NCBI GenBank assembly: GCA_965227295.1
Contig: OZ245742.1
Location: 2,080,001-2,144,000, forward strand
Origin: Leptonemataceae bacterium
Lineage (GTDB): Bacteria; Spirochaetota; Leptospiria; Leptospirales; Leptonemataceae
Length of the DNA: 64,000 nucleotides
Direction: 5' to 3'
In this document: piece by piece, positions 29,375 to 38,508 of the stretch
Layout of the letters: each line of letters starts with the position of its first letter
Position numbering within the stretch: position 1 is the first letter of the stretch
The notes under the pieces: generated by a model
What the model was told of the DNA's origin: nothing
Databases searched by the model: none
What the model saw: the letters and a program-made list of their open reading frames with translations, nothing else
Translations under genes and position numbers: made by a program

Positions 29375-29800
29375 TCACTTCACCGCGCTGGTGTACGAGA
29401 TCGGCACGGTATCGCGGATCATCGACGCCACCGAGCAGTAGGTATCGACGCTCAGTTCGACGGCCCGGGCGAGTTTCGCCGGGTCCACGTCGCCGGTGGC
29501 GCTGAAGTGTATGTGAATCTTCGTGTAGATCTTCGGCACCTCGTCGCGGCGTTCGCCTTTCACCGTAATGTCCAGGTCCTTAAGTTCCTGGCGCTGCTTC
29601 TTAAGAATGCTCACAACGTCCATGGCGGAGCAGGTGGCCAGCGCCACCAGCACGGATTCCATGGGGCGCATGCCCGCGCCGCTGCCGCCCATGTCGGCCG
29701 GCCCGTCGATCACCACGGGCGGGGCGTCGGGATTCGCGTGGCCCGTCGCCTCGAACTTCACCGGCCCGGTGCGTTTGATGTTTACCTGCATGGTTGACAT
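29375..29800 (-). CDS. OsmC family protein
   Basis: MRPME..LATCSAMDVVSILKKQRQ, YCSV. Confidence 0.92.
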   Translation of the reverse strand: MSTMQVNIKRTGPVKFEATGHANPDAPPVVIDGPADMGGSGAGMRPMESVLVALATCSAMDVVSILKKQRQELKDLDITVKGERRDEVPKIYTKIHIHFSATGDVDPAKLARAVELSVDTYCSVASMIRDTVPISYTSAVK

Positions 29801-29830
29801 ACGAGAGATACCTTTAGATTAAATTTGAAA

Positions 29831-29997
29831 CTCCGAGGGCCGAGGGACCGAGCGAAAGAATGGGAGAGGCGCCGTGATTGCATGCGGTCGGGCAATGAGA
29901 GCTGAATGATTAAAAAGCAAAGCAACAAGAATCGCTAACCAGCAATCAATCGCCATTCACCCTCCACATCTTCCCCTCGGTACCTCGGTCCTCGGAG
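29831..29997. mobile_element. MITE-like element copy A
   Basis: Terminal inverted repeats CTCCGAGG.CCGAGG / CCTCGGTCCTCGGAG. Confidence 0.7.
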
Positions 29998-30013
29998 TCC
30001 AAAACTCTTAAAC

Positions 30014-30940
30014 TCATTTCTCAAACAAGTCACTCGATAAATACCGGTCCCCACGATCACAGATGATTGTCACCACCACGCCTGCATCGATCTCTTTACA
30101 GACTTGCAGGGCCGCGTAAGTCGCGCCGCCGGCGCTCGCGCCGCAGAAGACACTCATTTCCCGTGCCAGGCGCCGGGCCGTTTCTTCGGCGTGTTCTTGT
30201 TGTACGTCGATGACGCGATCGACCCGCGGCCGTTCGAAGATCTTCGGCAGGTACTCTTTCGGCCAGCGGCGGATGCCGGGAATGCGCGCGCCTTCGCCGG
30301 GTTGCACGCCCACGATCTGTATGCTTTCGCTGTACGACTTCAACGATCGCGACACGCCCATGATCGTGCCCGTGGTACCCATGGCCGAAACGAAGTGTGT
30401 GACCTTGCCCTCGGTGTCCCGCCAGATCTCCGGACCCGTGCCGTGCACGTGGGCGGCGTAGTTGTCGGGATTCGCGAACTGATTCGGCATGAAGTACTCC
30501 GCGGGGTTGGAGTTGAACTTTTCGTGGGCGTAGTCGATGGCGCCTTCCATGGATTTGTCCGCGGGGGTCAGCGTCACCTTCGCGCCGAAGGCCTGCATGG
30601 TGAGTACGCGTTCGCGCGTGGAGTTCTCCGGCATGACCAGCTCAATGTCGTAACCCTTCGCGCAGGCGATCATGGCGAGCGCAATGCCGGTGTTGCCCGA
30701 CGTCGGCTCGATGATCTTCATGCCCGGTTTCAGATCGCCGCGCTTCTCGGCTTCGTTAAGCATCCAGAAGGCCGGCCGGTCTTTCACGCTGCCGCCGGGA
30801 TTGTGGCCTTCCATTTTGCCGTAGAGCTTCACGCCGGGCTTCGCCGCGTCACCCAGGAGGCCGGTGATATCCACCAGCGGCGTGTTGCCGATGAGATCGG
30901 TGATGTTGGACGCGGTGCGGGGTTGGTTGACTACGGACAT
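30014..30940 (-). CDS. cysM: Cysteine synthase B
   Basis: IGNTPLV, NPGGSVKDR, TSGNTG, MGTTGTIMG, IPGIRRWP, CDRGDRYLS. Confidence 0.93.
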   Translation of the reverse strand: MSVVNQPRTASNITDLIGNTPLVDITGLLGDAAKPGVKLYGKMEGHNPGGSVKDRPAFWMLNEAEKRGDLKPGMKIIEPTSGNTGIALAMIACAKGYDIELVMPENSTRERVLTMQAFGAKVTLTPADKSMEGAIDYAHEKFNSNPAEYFMPNQFANPDNYAAHVHGTGPEIWRDTEGKVTHFVSAMGTTGTIMGVSRSLKSYSESIQIVGVQPGEGARIPGIRRWPKEYLPKIFERPRVDRVIDVQQEHAEETARRLAREMSVFCGASAGGATYAALQVCKEIDAGVVVTIICDRGDRYLSSDLFEK

Positions 30941-31109
30941 GATGTTTCCTTTTGAATGAACGTTGCGACGCGGGCAATGTTGACAGGATACATAGGAATG
31001 TCGTCGCTGTCATCCTGAAATGATCGGGGACCCTCTCCGCCCCGGAAGCCGAAAGATTCTGAAATATCTTGCGATTCCGCGGCCCGGTAGGCATCCTTGC
31101 CCCCATCAC

Positions 31110-32858
31110 ATGAAAGAAAAACCCTCCGATGCACTCTACGACCTCCAGTCGCTGAAGGCCCCGCGCCTGGCGGGCCTGGCGTTGCGTATCTTCGCGAACC
31201 TCATGGAACGCGCGCCCACGCGGGCGTTGATCCTGCCGAAGCTGCTGAAAGACAGCGGATTCGAGGACTTTCGCGCCGACGAGCCCGAAGAGGCACCGAC
31301 GGTCTTCCCGCTCGTAATTCCGGACACGCCGCCGCAGAAGTACAGGGAACTGAGCGCGGCGCAGCTCACGAAGATCGCGAAGGCCGGAGCGGCGAAGCCC
31401 GCCGCAAATAAACGCAAACCCACGTTCGAAGGGGAGTTTGTTTTCCCCACGACGCTGGATTACCACGCGGCCTACAAATCAAAGCGCATCAGTCCCGTGG
31501 ATGTGGCCGGCCGCTTGATTGCCGCCATTGAAAGCTCCAATGCCGGTGACAGGCCCATGCGGGCCATCATCCAATCGAAGACCGAGGATATTCTGCGCCA
31601 GGCCGAGGCCTCCGCGGAGCGCTGGAAAAAGGGCAAGCCCCTGGGCCCCCTCGACGGCGTGCCCGTCGCCGTAAAAGACGAGGTCGATCAGTTGGGCTAC
31701 GCGACGACGGTCGGCACGAGTTGGTACGGTCGCGAGGTGGCGCGCACGGACAGCACGGTGGTGCATCGTCTGCGGGAACGCGGGGCGTTGCTCTACGGCA
31801 AGGCGAACATGCACGAGATCGGCATCGGCGTGAACGGCAACAATCCGCATCACGGCGTCGCGCGCAATCCCTACGACGAGGATCATTACACCGGCGGATC
31901 CTCCAGTGGTTCCGGTGCCGCGGTAGCCATGGGGCTCGGGCCGTTCGCCGTGGGCGCCGACGGCGGCGGTTCGGTCCGCATCCCCGCCGCGTTTTGCGGA
32001 CTCGTCGGACTCAAGGCCACGTTCGGTCGCGTGTCGGAGGCCGGGGCGGCGCCGCTCTGCTGGTCCGTGGCCCACGTCGGTCCGCTGGCCGCCACTGCCG
32101 CGGATTGCGCGCTGGCCTACGCCGCCTTCGCCGGGCCTGACAGTCTGGATCCCGTGAGCATGCGCCAGCCGTTGCCGGAGTTCGGCGCGGCCTTCGAAAA
32201 AAACAGCGTGCGCGGCATTCGCATCGGCGTCTTCGAGCCGTGGTTTCGCCACGCAGACTACGATATCGTAAAAGCTAACGAAGAAATGTTAAAGGTTTTT
32301 GAGCAGAACGGGGCTCGCCGCCGAAAAATCGTCATCCCGCACTTGAATTCCCTGCGCGTCGCCCATACGGTCTCCATCGCCAGTGAAATGGCCGCCTCTT
32401 TCGAGGACGAGTACAAACGCCACCGTACGGACTTCGGCCTGGACGTGCGCGTGAACCTGGCCGTGGCGCGCACGTTTACCAGCCGCGACTATGTGCGGGC
32501 CCAGCGCATTCGCACGCGGGCCATGGCCGACTTCGCCCGCGCCTTCTACGAGGTGGACGCCATTGTTACACCCGCCACGGCCATCACGGCGCCGCCGATT
32601 CGGCCGGACGCCGTCGCCGCCGGCGAGTCCGATCTCGAAACGCTTTCGCATACCATGCGCTTCGCCGTACAATCGAACATGACCGGCCACCCGGCCATCG
32701 TCTTTCCCGTAGGTTACGATCAGCGCGGCTTACCGATTTCCATGCAGATCATCGGCCGGCACTGGGACGAGGCGTTGCTGTTGCGCATGGCCCGGTTTGC
32801 CGAGGCCTACGTGCCGCGCAAGAAACCGCGGACCTGGTTCTCGTTGCTGGAAGGATGA
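31110..32858 (+). CDS. Amidase signature family enzyme (FAAH-like)
   Basis: GVPVAVKD, GGSSSGS, GADGGGSVRIPAAFCG. Confidence 0.93.
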   Translation: MKEKPSDALYDLQSLKAPRLAGLALRIFANLMERAPTRALILPKLLKDSGFEDFRADEPEEAPTVFPLVIPDTPPQKYRELSAAQLTKIAKAGAAKPAANKRKPTFEGEFVFPTTLDYHAAYKSKRISPVDVAGRLIAAIESSNAGDRPMRAIIQSKTEDILRQAEASAERWKKGKPLGPLDGVPVAVKDEVDQLGYATTVGTSWYGREVARTDSTVVHRLRERGALLYGKANMHEIGIGVNGNNPHHGVARNPYDEDHYTGGSSSGSGAAVAMGLGPFAVGADGGGSVRIPAAFCGLVGLKATFGRVSEAGAAPLCWSVAHVGPLAATAADCALAYAAFAGPDSLDPVSMRQPLPEFGAAFEKNSVRGIRIGVFEPWFRHADYDIVKANEEMLKVFEQNGARRRKIVIPHLNSLRVAHTVSIASEMAASFEDEYKRHRTDFGLDVRVNLAVARTFTSRDYVRAQRIRTRAMADFARAFYEVDAIVTPATAITAPPIRPDAVAAGESDLETLSHTMRFAVQSNMTGHPAIVFPVGYDQRGLPISMQIIGRHWDEALLLRMARFAEAYVPRKKPRTWFSLLEG

Positions 32859-32876
32859 TCACTGCCTGGATTGAAT

Positions 32877-33747
32877 CCGCCGCGAACCGCAGCTCTTGAA
32901 TTACCGGAAACTTTTATTCGTTCGAGTGCGCCCCGAATCGTAGTGTAAGTTGCGGCCAGTGTGTATTAAGACTTGTATGGGTACGGCTGGTTCCAGCCGA
33001 CGTACGGAGGTTATGCCGGGGAGCGTGGTAAGGCGGACCGGAACGGCGTCGTCGCTGCAAGAATCGCTCCGGTAGCTGCGTCGCAAATCCGCGTCCGGGT
33101 CGATGCGGACAATCTTAACAAAACGAAAACCCACAACTCCCGCTTCGCCGTAGCAAAAAGATCCCCTTCACCATTGCGCGACTTACTTCATGTTTCTCAC
33201 GCCAACCGCCGCGAACCGCAGCTCTTGAATTCCCGGTTGCGCATTGGTGGTTCGAGCATGCCCCGGATCGTGATGTAAGTGGCGGCCAGTTTATATTAAG
33301 ACTTTTTTGGGTACGGCTGGTTCCAGCAGATGAACGGAGGTCATGCCGGGGAGCGTGGTAAGGCGCACCGGAACGGCGTCTTCGCCGTAAGAAACGGTAC
33401 GATAGCTGAGTCGCAAACCGGCGTCCGGGTCGAATCCCGCGTTCTTTGCAAAACGACATACCACAACTCCGAAGAGCCGTAACCAAATAAACCCCTTCAC
33501 AATTCCGCAACTTACTTCCTGTTTCTCACGACGACGGTAGCGAACCGCGGCTCCTGGATTACCGGAAAGCTTTATTCGTTTGAGCACGCCCCGAATCGTG
33601 GTGTAAGTAGCGGCCAGTGTACATTAAGCCTTTTATGGGCACGGCTGGTTCCAGCAGATGAACGGAGGTTATGCCGGGGAATGTGGTAAGGCGCACCGGA
33701 ACGGCGTCTTCGCCGTGAGAATCGCTAGTCGCAAACCGGCGTCCGGG
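32877..33747. repeat. Diverged tandem repeat, 329-bp period, about 2.6 copies
   Basis: GCGAACCGC recurs at 32882, 33211, 33540; shared blocks such as ACGGCTGGTTCCAGC and GTGGTAAGGCG.ACCGGAACGGCGTC. Confidence 0.93.
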
Positions 33748-33757
33748 GTGTGAGTCT

Positions 33758-34090
33758 TCAGGACGCCGTCTGTGCTTCGATCCATTCCAGGAACGGCGCG
33801 TGGCCGCGTTTGAGTTCCAGTTCGACGACGCACGGACAATCGTACGAGTGCAGTTCAACGACGCGAGTCTTGAGGCGTTCGAAGTTCTCAGCGCGGGTCT
33901 TGCAAATGAGGACGAGCTCCCGGTCGTCGTGGACCTCGCCGTTCCATTCATAAAAGGAGTTCATATTCGGCAGGATGTTCACGCAGGCGGCGAGTTTTTC
34001 CGCGACGATCGTCCGCGCGATGCTGCGCGCTTCTTCTTCGGAGCCCGCGGTTATGTAGACGAAGCTGAGGTCCATGGGTGAGTTCGTCAT
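33758..34090 (-). CDS. cutA: Divalent-cation tolerance protein
   Basis: LAACVN, SFYEWNG, HSYDCP. Confidence 0.93.
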   Translation of the reverse strand: MTNSPMDLSFVYITAGSEEEARSIARTIVAEKLAACVNILPNMNSFYEWNGEVHDDRELVLICKTRAENFERLKTRVVELHSYDCPCVVELELKRGHAPFLEWIEAQTAS

Positions 34091-34120
34091 TCGTGTGTGC
34101 CCACAGTCAAGGGAAATCGA

Positions 34121-34243
34121 CTCCGAGGACCGAGAGACCGAGGCGAAGACGAGGATAAATCATAAAAACCGATGTTCATAGCCGGACAGCATTCACACTG
34201 CGAAACACCTCCCAAACTAACCTCGGCTTCTCGGTCCTCGGAG
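34121..34243. mobile_element. MITE-like element copy B
   Basis: CTCCGAGGACCGAG ... CTCGGTCCTCGGAG. Confidence 0.7.
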
Positions 34244-34312
34244 CCAAAACCAGGCGGACGGCATGCCCAAAAATCGGTTGTCGTCGCGTTCCAACGGCGA
34301 TCCCTTGACGGG

Positions 34313-35074
34313 ATGAGCACTGATCAATTCCTCAAAGACAAAGTCGCCCTGGTCACAGGTTCCGCGCGGGGCATCGGCAAGTCCATCGCCGAAGACCTGG
34401 CCGCAGTGGGCGCCGACTGCGTCATCCTCGACATCAAAAAAGAACTCTGCGAAGAAACCGCCAAAGAGATCGGCGACAAATACGGCGTAAAGACGCTGGC
34501 CATCGAGTGCAACGTCACCGACAAGAAAGACGTCGAAGACGCCGCCGACGAAATCAAAGCGAAGTTCAAAACGCTCAACTTCCTCGTTAACAATGCCGGC
34601 ATCACCCGCGACGATCTGCTCATCCGCATGAAAGAGGCGGACTGGGACCTCGTTATGGACGTGAACCTCAAGGGCCCGTTCCTCATGACTCAGGCGTGCC
34701 TCCGCATGATGATGCGGGCAGAACCGGCGCGCATCATCAACGTCAGCTCCATCTCCGGTATCGTCGGCGCGGCCGGCCAGGCGAACTACTCGTCTTCGAA
34801 GGCCGGGCTCATCGGCTTTACCAAGGTCACGGCGAAAGAGTACGCGTCCAAAGGCATTCTCTGCAACGCCATCTGCCCGGGCTTCATCTCCACGGACATG
34901 ACCGACGAAATGCCCGAGGCCGCGCGCGAAGCCCTGAAAGAATCGGTGCCCCTGGGACGTCCCGGCGAAGTGAAGGACATCTCCCGCGTGGTCCGCTTCC
35001 TGTGTTCGGAAGACTCCGGTTACATCACCGGCAACGTCATCCGCATCGACGGGGGCATGGCCACGGGTTTCTAA
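34313..35074 (+). CDS. fabG: 3-oxoacyl-ACP reductase
   Basis: VTGSARGIG, NNAGITRD, GQANYSSSK, PGFISTDMT; start at ATG 34313. Confidence 0.93.
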   Translation: MSTDQFLKDKVALVTGSARGIGKSIAEDLAAVGADCVILDIKKELCEETAKEIGDKYGVKTLAIECNVTDKKDVEDAADEIKAKFKTLNFLVNNAGITRDDLLIRMKEADWDLVMDVNLKGPFLMTQACLRMMMRAEPARIINVSSISGIVGAAGQANYSSSKAGLIGFTKVTAKEYASKGILCNAICPGFISTDMTDEMPEAAREALKESVPLGRPGEVKDISRVVRFLCSEDSGYITGNVIRIDGGMATGF

Positions 35075-35080
35075 AACGTT

Positions 35081-37264
35081 GTGCGTTTGCACAGCGCGAT
35101 TGCGTGTATCGTCGCCGTGTTCGCGGCGGCGGTGCATGCACAAGAACCGGTTGCCCCTGCCGGCGATGATGCCGCTCCCGAAATCGAAGTCGTAGCCCCG
35201 CGCACGAATCGCGGCGACGCCGATGCCGCCGCCGGTTCGGCGGACAGCATTCCCCTCGACGACTATCGGGGTCGTTACCCGCAGCTCGACGAGCTCCTGG
35301 AAAAAGAGAGCGGGGTTCGCGTGCAGCGTTACGGCGGCCTCGGTTCCTACTCCACGCTTTCGATTCGCGGCTCCAACGCGAACCAGGTCAACGTGTATCT
35401 CGACGGCATCCCGCTGAACAACGCCCAGGGCGGCGAGGTCAATCTTTCCGATCTGAACATCGAGAACGTCTCGCGCGTGGACGTCTATCGCTCCGGGGCG
35501 CCGGGAGAATTCAGCGGCTCGTCCATCGGCGGCTCCGTGAACCTGGTGCCCGACCGCGGCGAGGGCGCTGAGGGCACGCGACTAACTTTTAGCGGTGGTT
35601 CCTTTGGGACGTATCGCCTCGCGGCGCAGACCTGGGGCGGGGCCCTGGGGGAACCGCTCACGGAAGACATGTTGCTGAAAGATGATGCAAGCGAGGCAAG
35701 CCTGGATGGTGTCGAGCGAGAGAATGGAGATGCCGAAGCCGGCGAAGGTTCCGGCGAAGTCGATCAGCCGTTGCGTTATTCCCTGGGCGGCGGATACCAG
35801 CGTTCGGACCAGGACTACAAGTTCCGCAACGACAACGGCACGCCGGTACTGAACACCTTCGATGATTTCGACGATACTCGCAAGAACGCGCAGTTCCGCG
35901 ATGTCTTCGCCACGGGCTTCGGCAGCTATCAATGGGACAACACGGAGATCAAGCTGCTCGAAGACTATCGTTATCGCCGGCACGGCGTGCCCGGGCCGGG
36001 TTCCAATCAAAGCGAAAAAACCGAGCGCGAGTACTGGCGAAGCACCACCGGCCTCGGCAGCGATACGAAGGGCCTGGGCTTCGACGCGCTCAGGCTGAAG
36101 TCGCGGGCGTTTTACACCGAGAGCCGCGAGAACTTCTTCGATCCTTTGCAGGAATTCGGCGCCGGCCAGCCGAACTCCAGCGCGCGCTACCAGAACTACG
36201 GCGCGCACCTGATCCCGGAGCTGTATCTCCTGGAGTATCACCAGATCATCCGGGTCTTCGGCGCCCTGGAGCGCGAGACCTACCAGCGGGAGAACCGCAA
36301 TCGTTTTCACGACCGCGTCGAAACCGAACCGAAGAAGTTCCGCAGTCACAGCGCGCTCACGATCCAGGACGAACTGCGCTTCTTCGATCGCCGCCTGGTC
36401 TTTCTGCCGTCCGTGCAGTTCGAGCGCTACGCCGATCGTTTCAACGACCCGGACCAACTGCGCTTTTCCACGAACCCCTTCGGCGCGGACAGGGCCGTGC
36501 GCAGGTTTACCAACTACGAGGCCGCACTTAAGATTGTTCCACTAAAAGTCAACGGCTTTGAGTTATTCCTGACGTCCACGGCCGCCACGCAAAACCGGGT
36601 GCCCACGTTCTTCGAGCTGTTCGGCGAGCAGGGCAGCGTACAGGGCAATCCGGACCTGGAACCGGAAGACGCCGAGTCCGTGGACGGCGGCCCCGGCGTA
36701 CGCTGGGCGCGTTCGGAGTTTCGCTTCGAGGCGTCGGCGGTCTATTTTCAGCGCTGGGTCCGGGACATGATCCTCTTCGTGCCGAACTCGCAGTTTTCGT
36801 TGCGGCCGGAGAACGTGGACTCCGCGGAAATCGACGGCCTGGAATTTTCGGCAAAGCTGAATCTCTTTGACGCGATCGAAGGCTACAACAACTACACCTA
36901 TCAGCGGGCCGTCAATACCAGCGACGTCGAGTTTCTCGAAGGCAAGTATCTGCCGCTGCGCCCGTTGCACGAGAATCACGCCGGCCTGAAGTTTTACAAC
37001 GAGCACTGGGAAATCGGCGGGGAGGCGATCTTTGTCGGCGCGGTGTTCAAGGATCGCACGAACGAAGCGACGAACTACGAGCCGTCACGCTGGATCACGA
37101 ACGCGTTTCTTTCGTACTCGGTCTACGGCCGCTCGAAGCGCGAGGAAACGGAGTTGCTGATCGGTGTCGAGGTGAAGAACATCACGAACGAACGTGTGGC
37201 GGACATCGTGGGCTACCCGCTCCCGGGGAGGAGCGTCTACGGGACGGTGACGTACAGGTTCTGA
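35081..37264 (+). CDS. TonB-dependent receptor (BtuB-like)
   Basis: Plug LSIRGSNANQVNVYLDGIPLN, GNPDLEPE, GYPLPGRS..YRF C-terminus. Confidence 0.9.
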   Translation: MRLHSAIACIVAVFAAAVHAQEPVAPAGDDAAPEIEVVAPRTNRGDADAAAGSADSIPLDDYRGRYPQLDELLEKESGVRVQRYGGLGSYSTLSIRGSNANQVNVYLDGIPLNNAQGGEVNLSDLNIENVSRVDVYRSGAPGEFSGSSIGGSVNLVPDRGEGAEGTRLTFSGGSFGTYRLAAQTWGGALGEPLTEDMLLKDDASEASLDGVERENGDAEAGEGSGEVDQPLRYSLGGGYQRSDQDYKFRNDNGTPVLNTFDDFDDTRKNAQFRDVFATGFGSYQWDNTEIKLLEDYRYRRHGVPGPGSNQSEKTEREYWRSTTGLGSDTKGLGFDALRLKSRAFYTESRENFFDPLQEFGAGQPNSSARYQNYGAHLIPELYLLEYHQIIRVFGALERETYQRENRNRFHDRVETEPKKFRSHSALTIQDELRFFDRRLVFLPSVQFERYADRFNDPDQLRFSTNPFGADRAVRRFTNYEAALKIVPLKVNGFELFLTSTAATQNRVPTFFELFGEQGSVQGNPDLEPEDAESVDGGPGVRWARSEFRFEASAVYFQRWVRDMILFVPNSQFSLRPENVDSAEIDGLEFSAKLNLFDAIEGYNNYTYQRAVNTSDVEFLEGKYLPLRPLHENHAGLKFYNEHWEIGGEAIFVGAVFKDRTNEATNYEPSRWITNAFLSYSVYGRSKREETELLIGVEVKNITNERVADIVGYPLPGRSVYGTVTYRF

Positions 37265-37280
37265 AATCTAAGTAGTTAAG

Positions 37281-38450
37281 ATGCGAATGCGTTTCTCAAA
37301 AAAAATCCTCGGTGTCCTCGGTGTCCTCGGTGCCTCGGTGGTTCTATTCTCTTTTACCCACTGCAAGGACATCGAACAACCGGACCCGCTGCTCGCGTTG
37401 CTGCTGCCGTCCGGCGGCGGGAACGTCGGGGTGATCAGTTCGGACCTCAGTTCGTCGGGACGTTTTTCGTTGATCTCCGCGGACGGCCTGGCGTTGCCGG
37501 GATCGACGCCGGTGCACTCGGACGCCGTGCTCACGTATCAAAACAATCGCGTTTACGTCGTGAACCGTTTGAATCGCGACAACATCCAGGTCTTGCAGCC
37601 CCAGGGGCTCTACTTAACCGAGCTGGAGTTCAGCGTCGGCGAGGGCACGAATCCCCAGGACATTGCCGTCATCGACGCGCTGACGGCGTACGTATCGCTC
37701 TATGAACGCAACGAATTGTTGATCGTAAATCCGTCGGACGGATCCCTTCGCGGCTCCATCAATCTGGGCGCCTATGCCGACGGTGACGGCCTGGCCGAGG
37801 TCCATCGCCTGTACTACCAGGCCCCGTATCTCTACGTGAGCGTCCAGCGCCTGGATCGCAACGACGCCTCGGGCATCCCGGCGCCCACGGGCATTTCGTA
37901 CCTGGTGGAGATCGACGTGCGCACGAACGGCATCGCCGGGGCGTATACGTTCCCCGGGTGCACGAACCCCTTCGGACGCATGCAACCCGTAACCATCGAA
38001 GGATCGCCGCACCTGATCATCGCGTGTCCGGGGCGGCTGGGTTTCATCTCGGAACTGGACGGCGGTGTGGTGGCGTTCAACCTGGCGGCCAGGGCTTTTC
38101 GTACTAACTTCTTGTACTCCGAAGTTACGGCGGGCGGGGATATCCTGGACGTCGCCGTGCGGGACGATCGCACCGGCTACGCCTCGGTGCTGGACTCGTC
38201 GTTTAACAAGACCATCCAACGTTTCGATCCGCTGACCGGGGCGCGGCTCTCGGACCTGGCGCTGTTTCCCGCGTCGGCCGGTTTCGTGAGCGGGCTGTTG
38301 CTCGGGCCGGACGGCAAACTCTACACGGGCAACGCGGATTTTCAGAATCCCGGCATTACAATCTACGATACGAATCGCGGCGACGTGCAGCTCACGGCAA
38401 CGCCGGTATCCGTGGGACTGCGGCCGATCGACCTCGTTTATATACCGTAG
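37281..38450 (+). CDS. Beta-propeller lipoprotein partner of the TonB receptor
   Basis: Lipobox FTHC; VYVVNR..DNI, TNPQDI..AYVS, DGDGLAE. Confidence 0.75.
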   Translation: MRMRFSKKILGVLGVLGASVVLFSFTHCKDIEQPDPLLALLLPSGGGNVGVISSDLSSSGRFSLISADGLALPGSTPVHSDAVLTYQNNRVYVVNRLNRDNIQVLQPQGLYLTELEFSVGEGTNPQDIAVIDALTAYVSLYERNELLIVNPSDGSLRGSINLGAYADGDGLAEVHRLYYQAPYLYVSVQRLDRNDASGIPAPTGISYLVEIDVRTNGIAGAYTFPGCTNPFGRMQPVTIEGSPHLIIACPGRLGFISELDGGVVAFNLAARAFRTNFLYSEVTAGGDILDVAVRDDRTGYASVLDSSFNKTIQRFDPLTGARLSDLALFPASAGFVSGLLLGPDGKLYTGNADFQNPGITIYDTNRGDVQLTATPVSVGLRPIDLVYIP

Positions 38451-38508
38451 TCCGGCGGTGGTCGAATCCCTTGCCAGAGGCGCGGACTCGTGCTTTCTGG
38501 CGAATACC

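Noticed and set aside
32901..33587. Small ORFs encoding DAVPVRLTTLPG repeats
   Set aside because: Frames are broken by indels and stops that differ between units, and many substitutions are non-synonymous
32877..33747. CRISPR array or DGR template/variable repeats
   Set aside because: Units are 329 bp and homologous throughout with no unique spacers; differences are not confined to adenines; no cas or reverse transcriptase gene in the window
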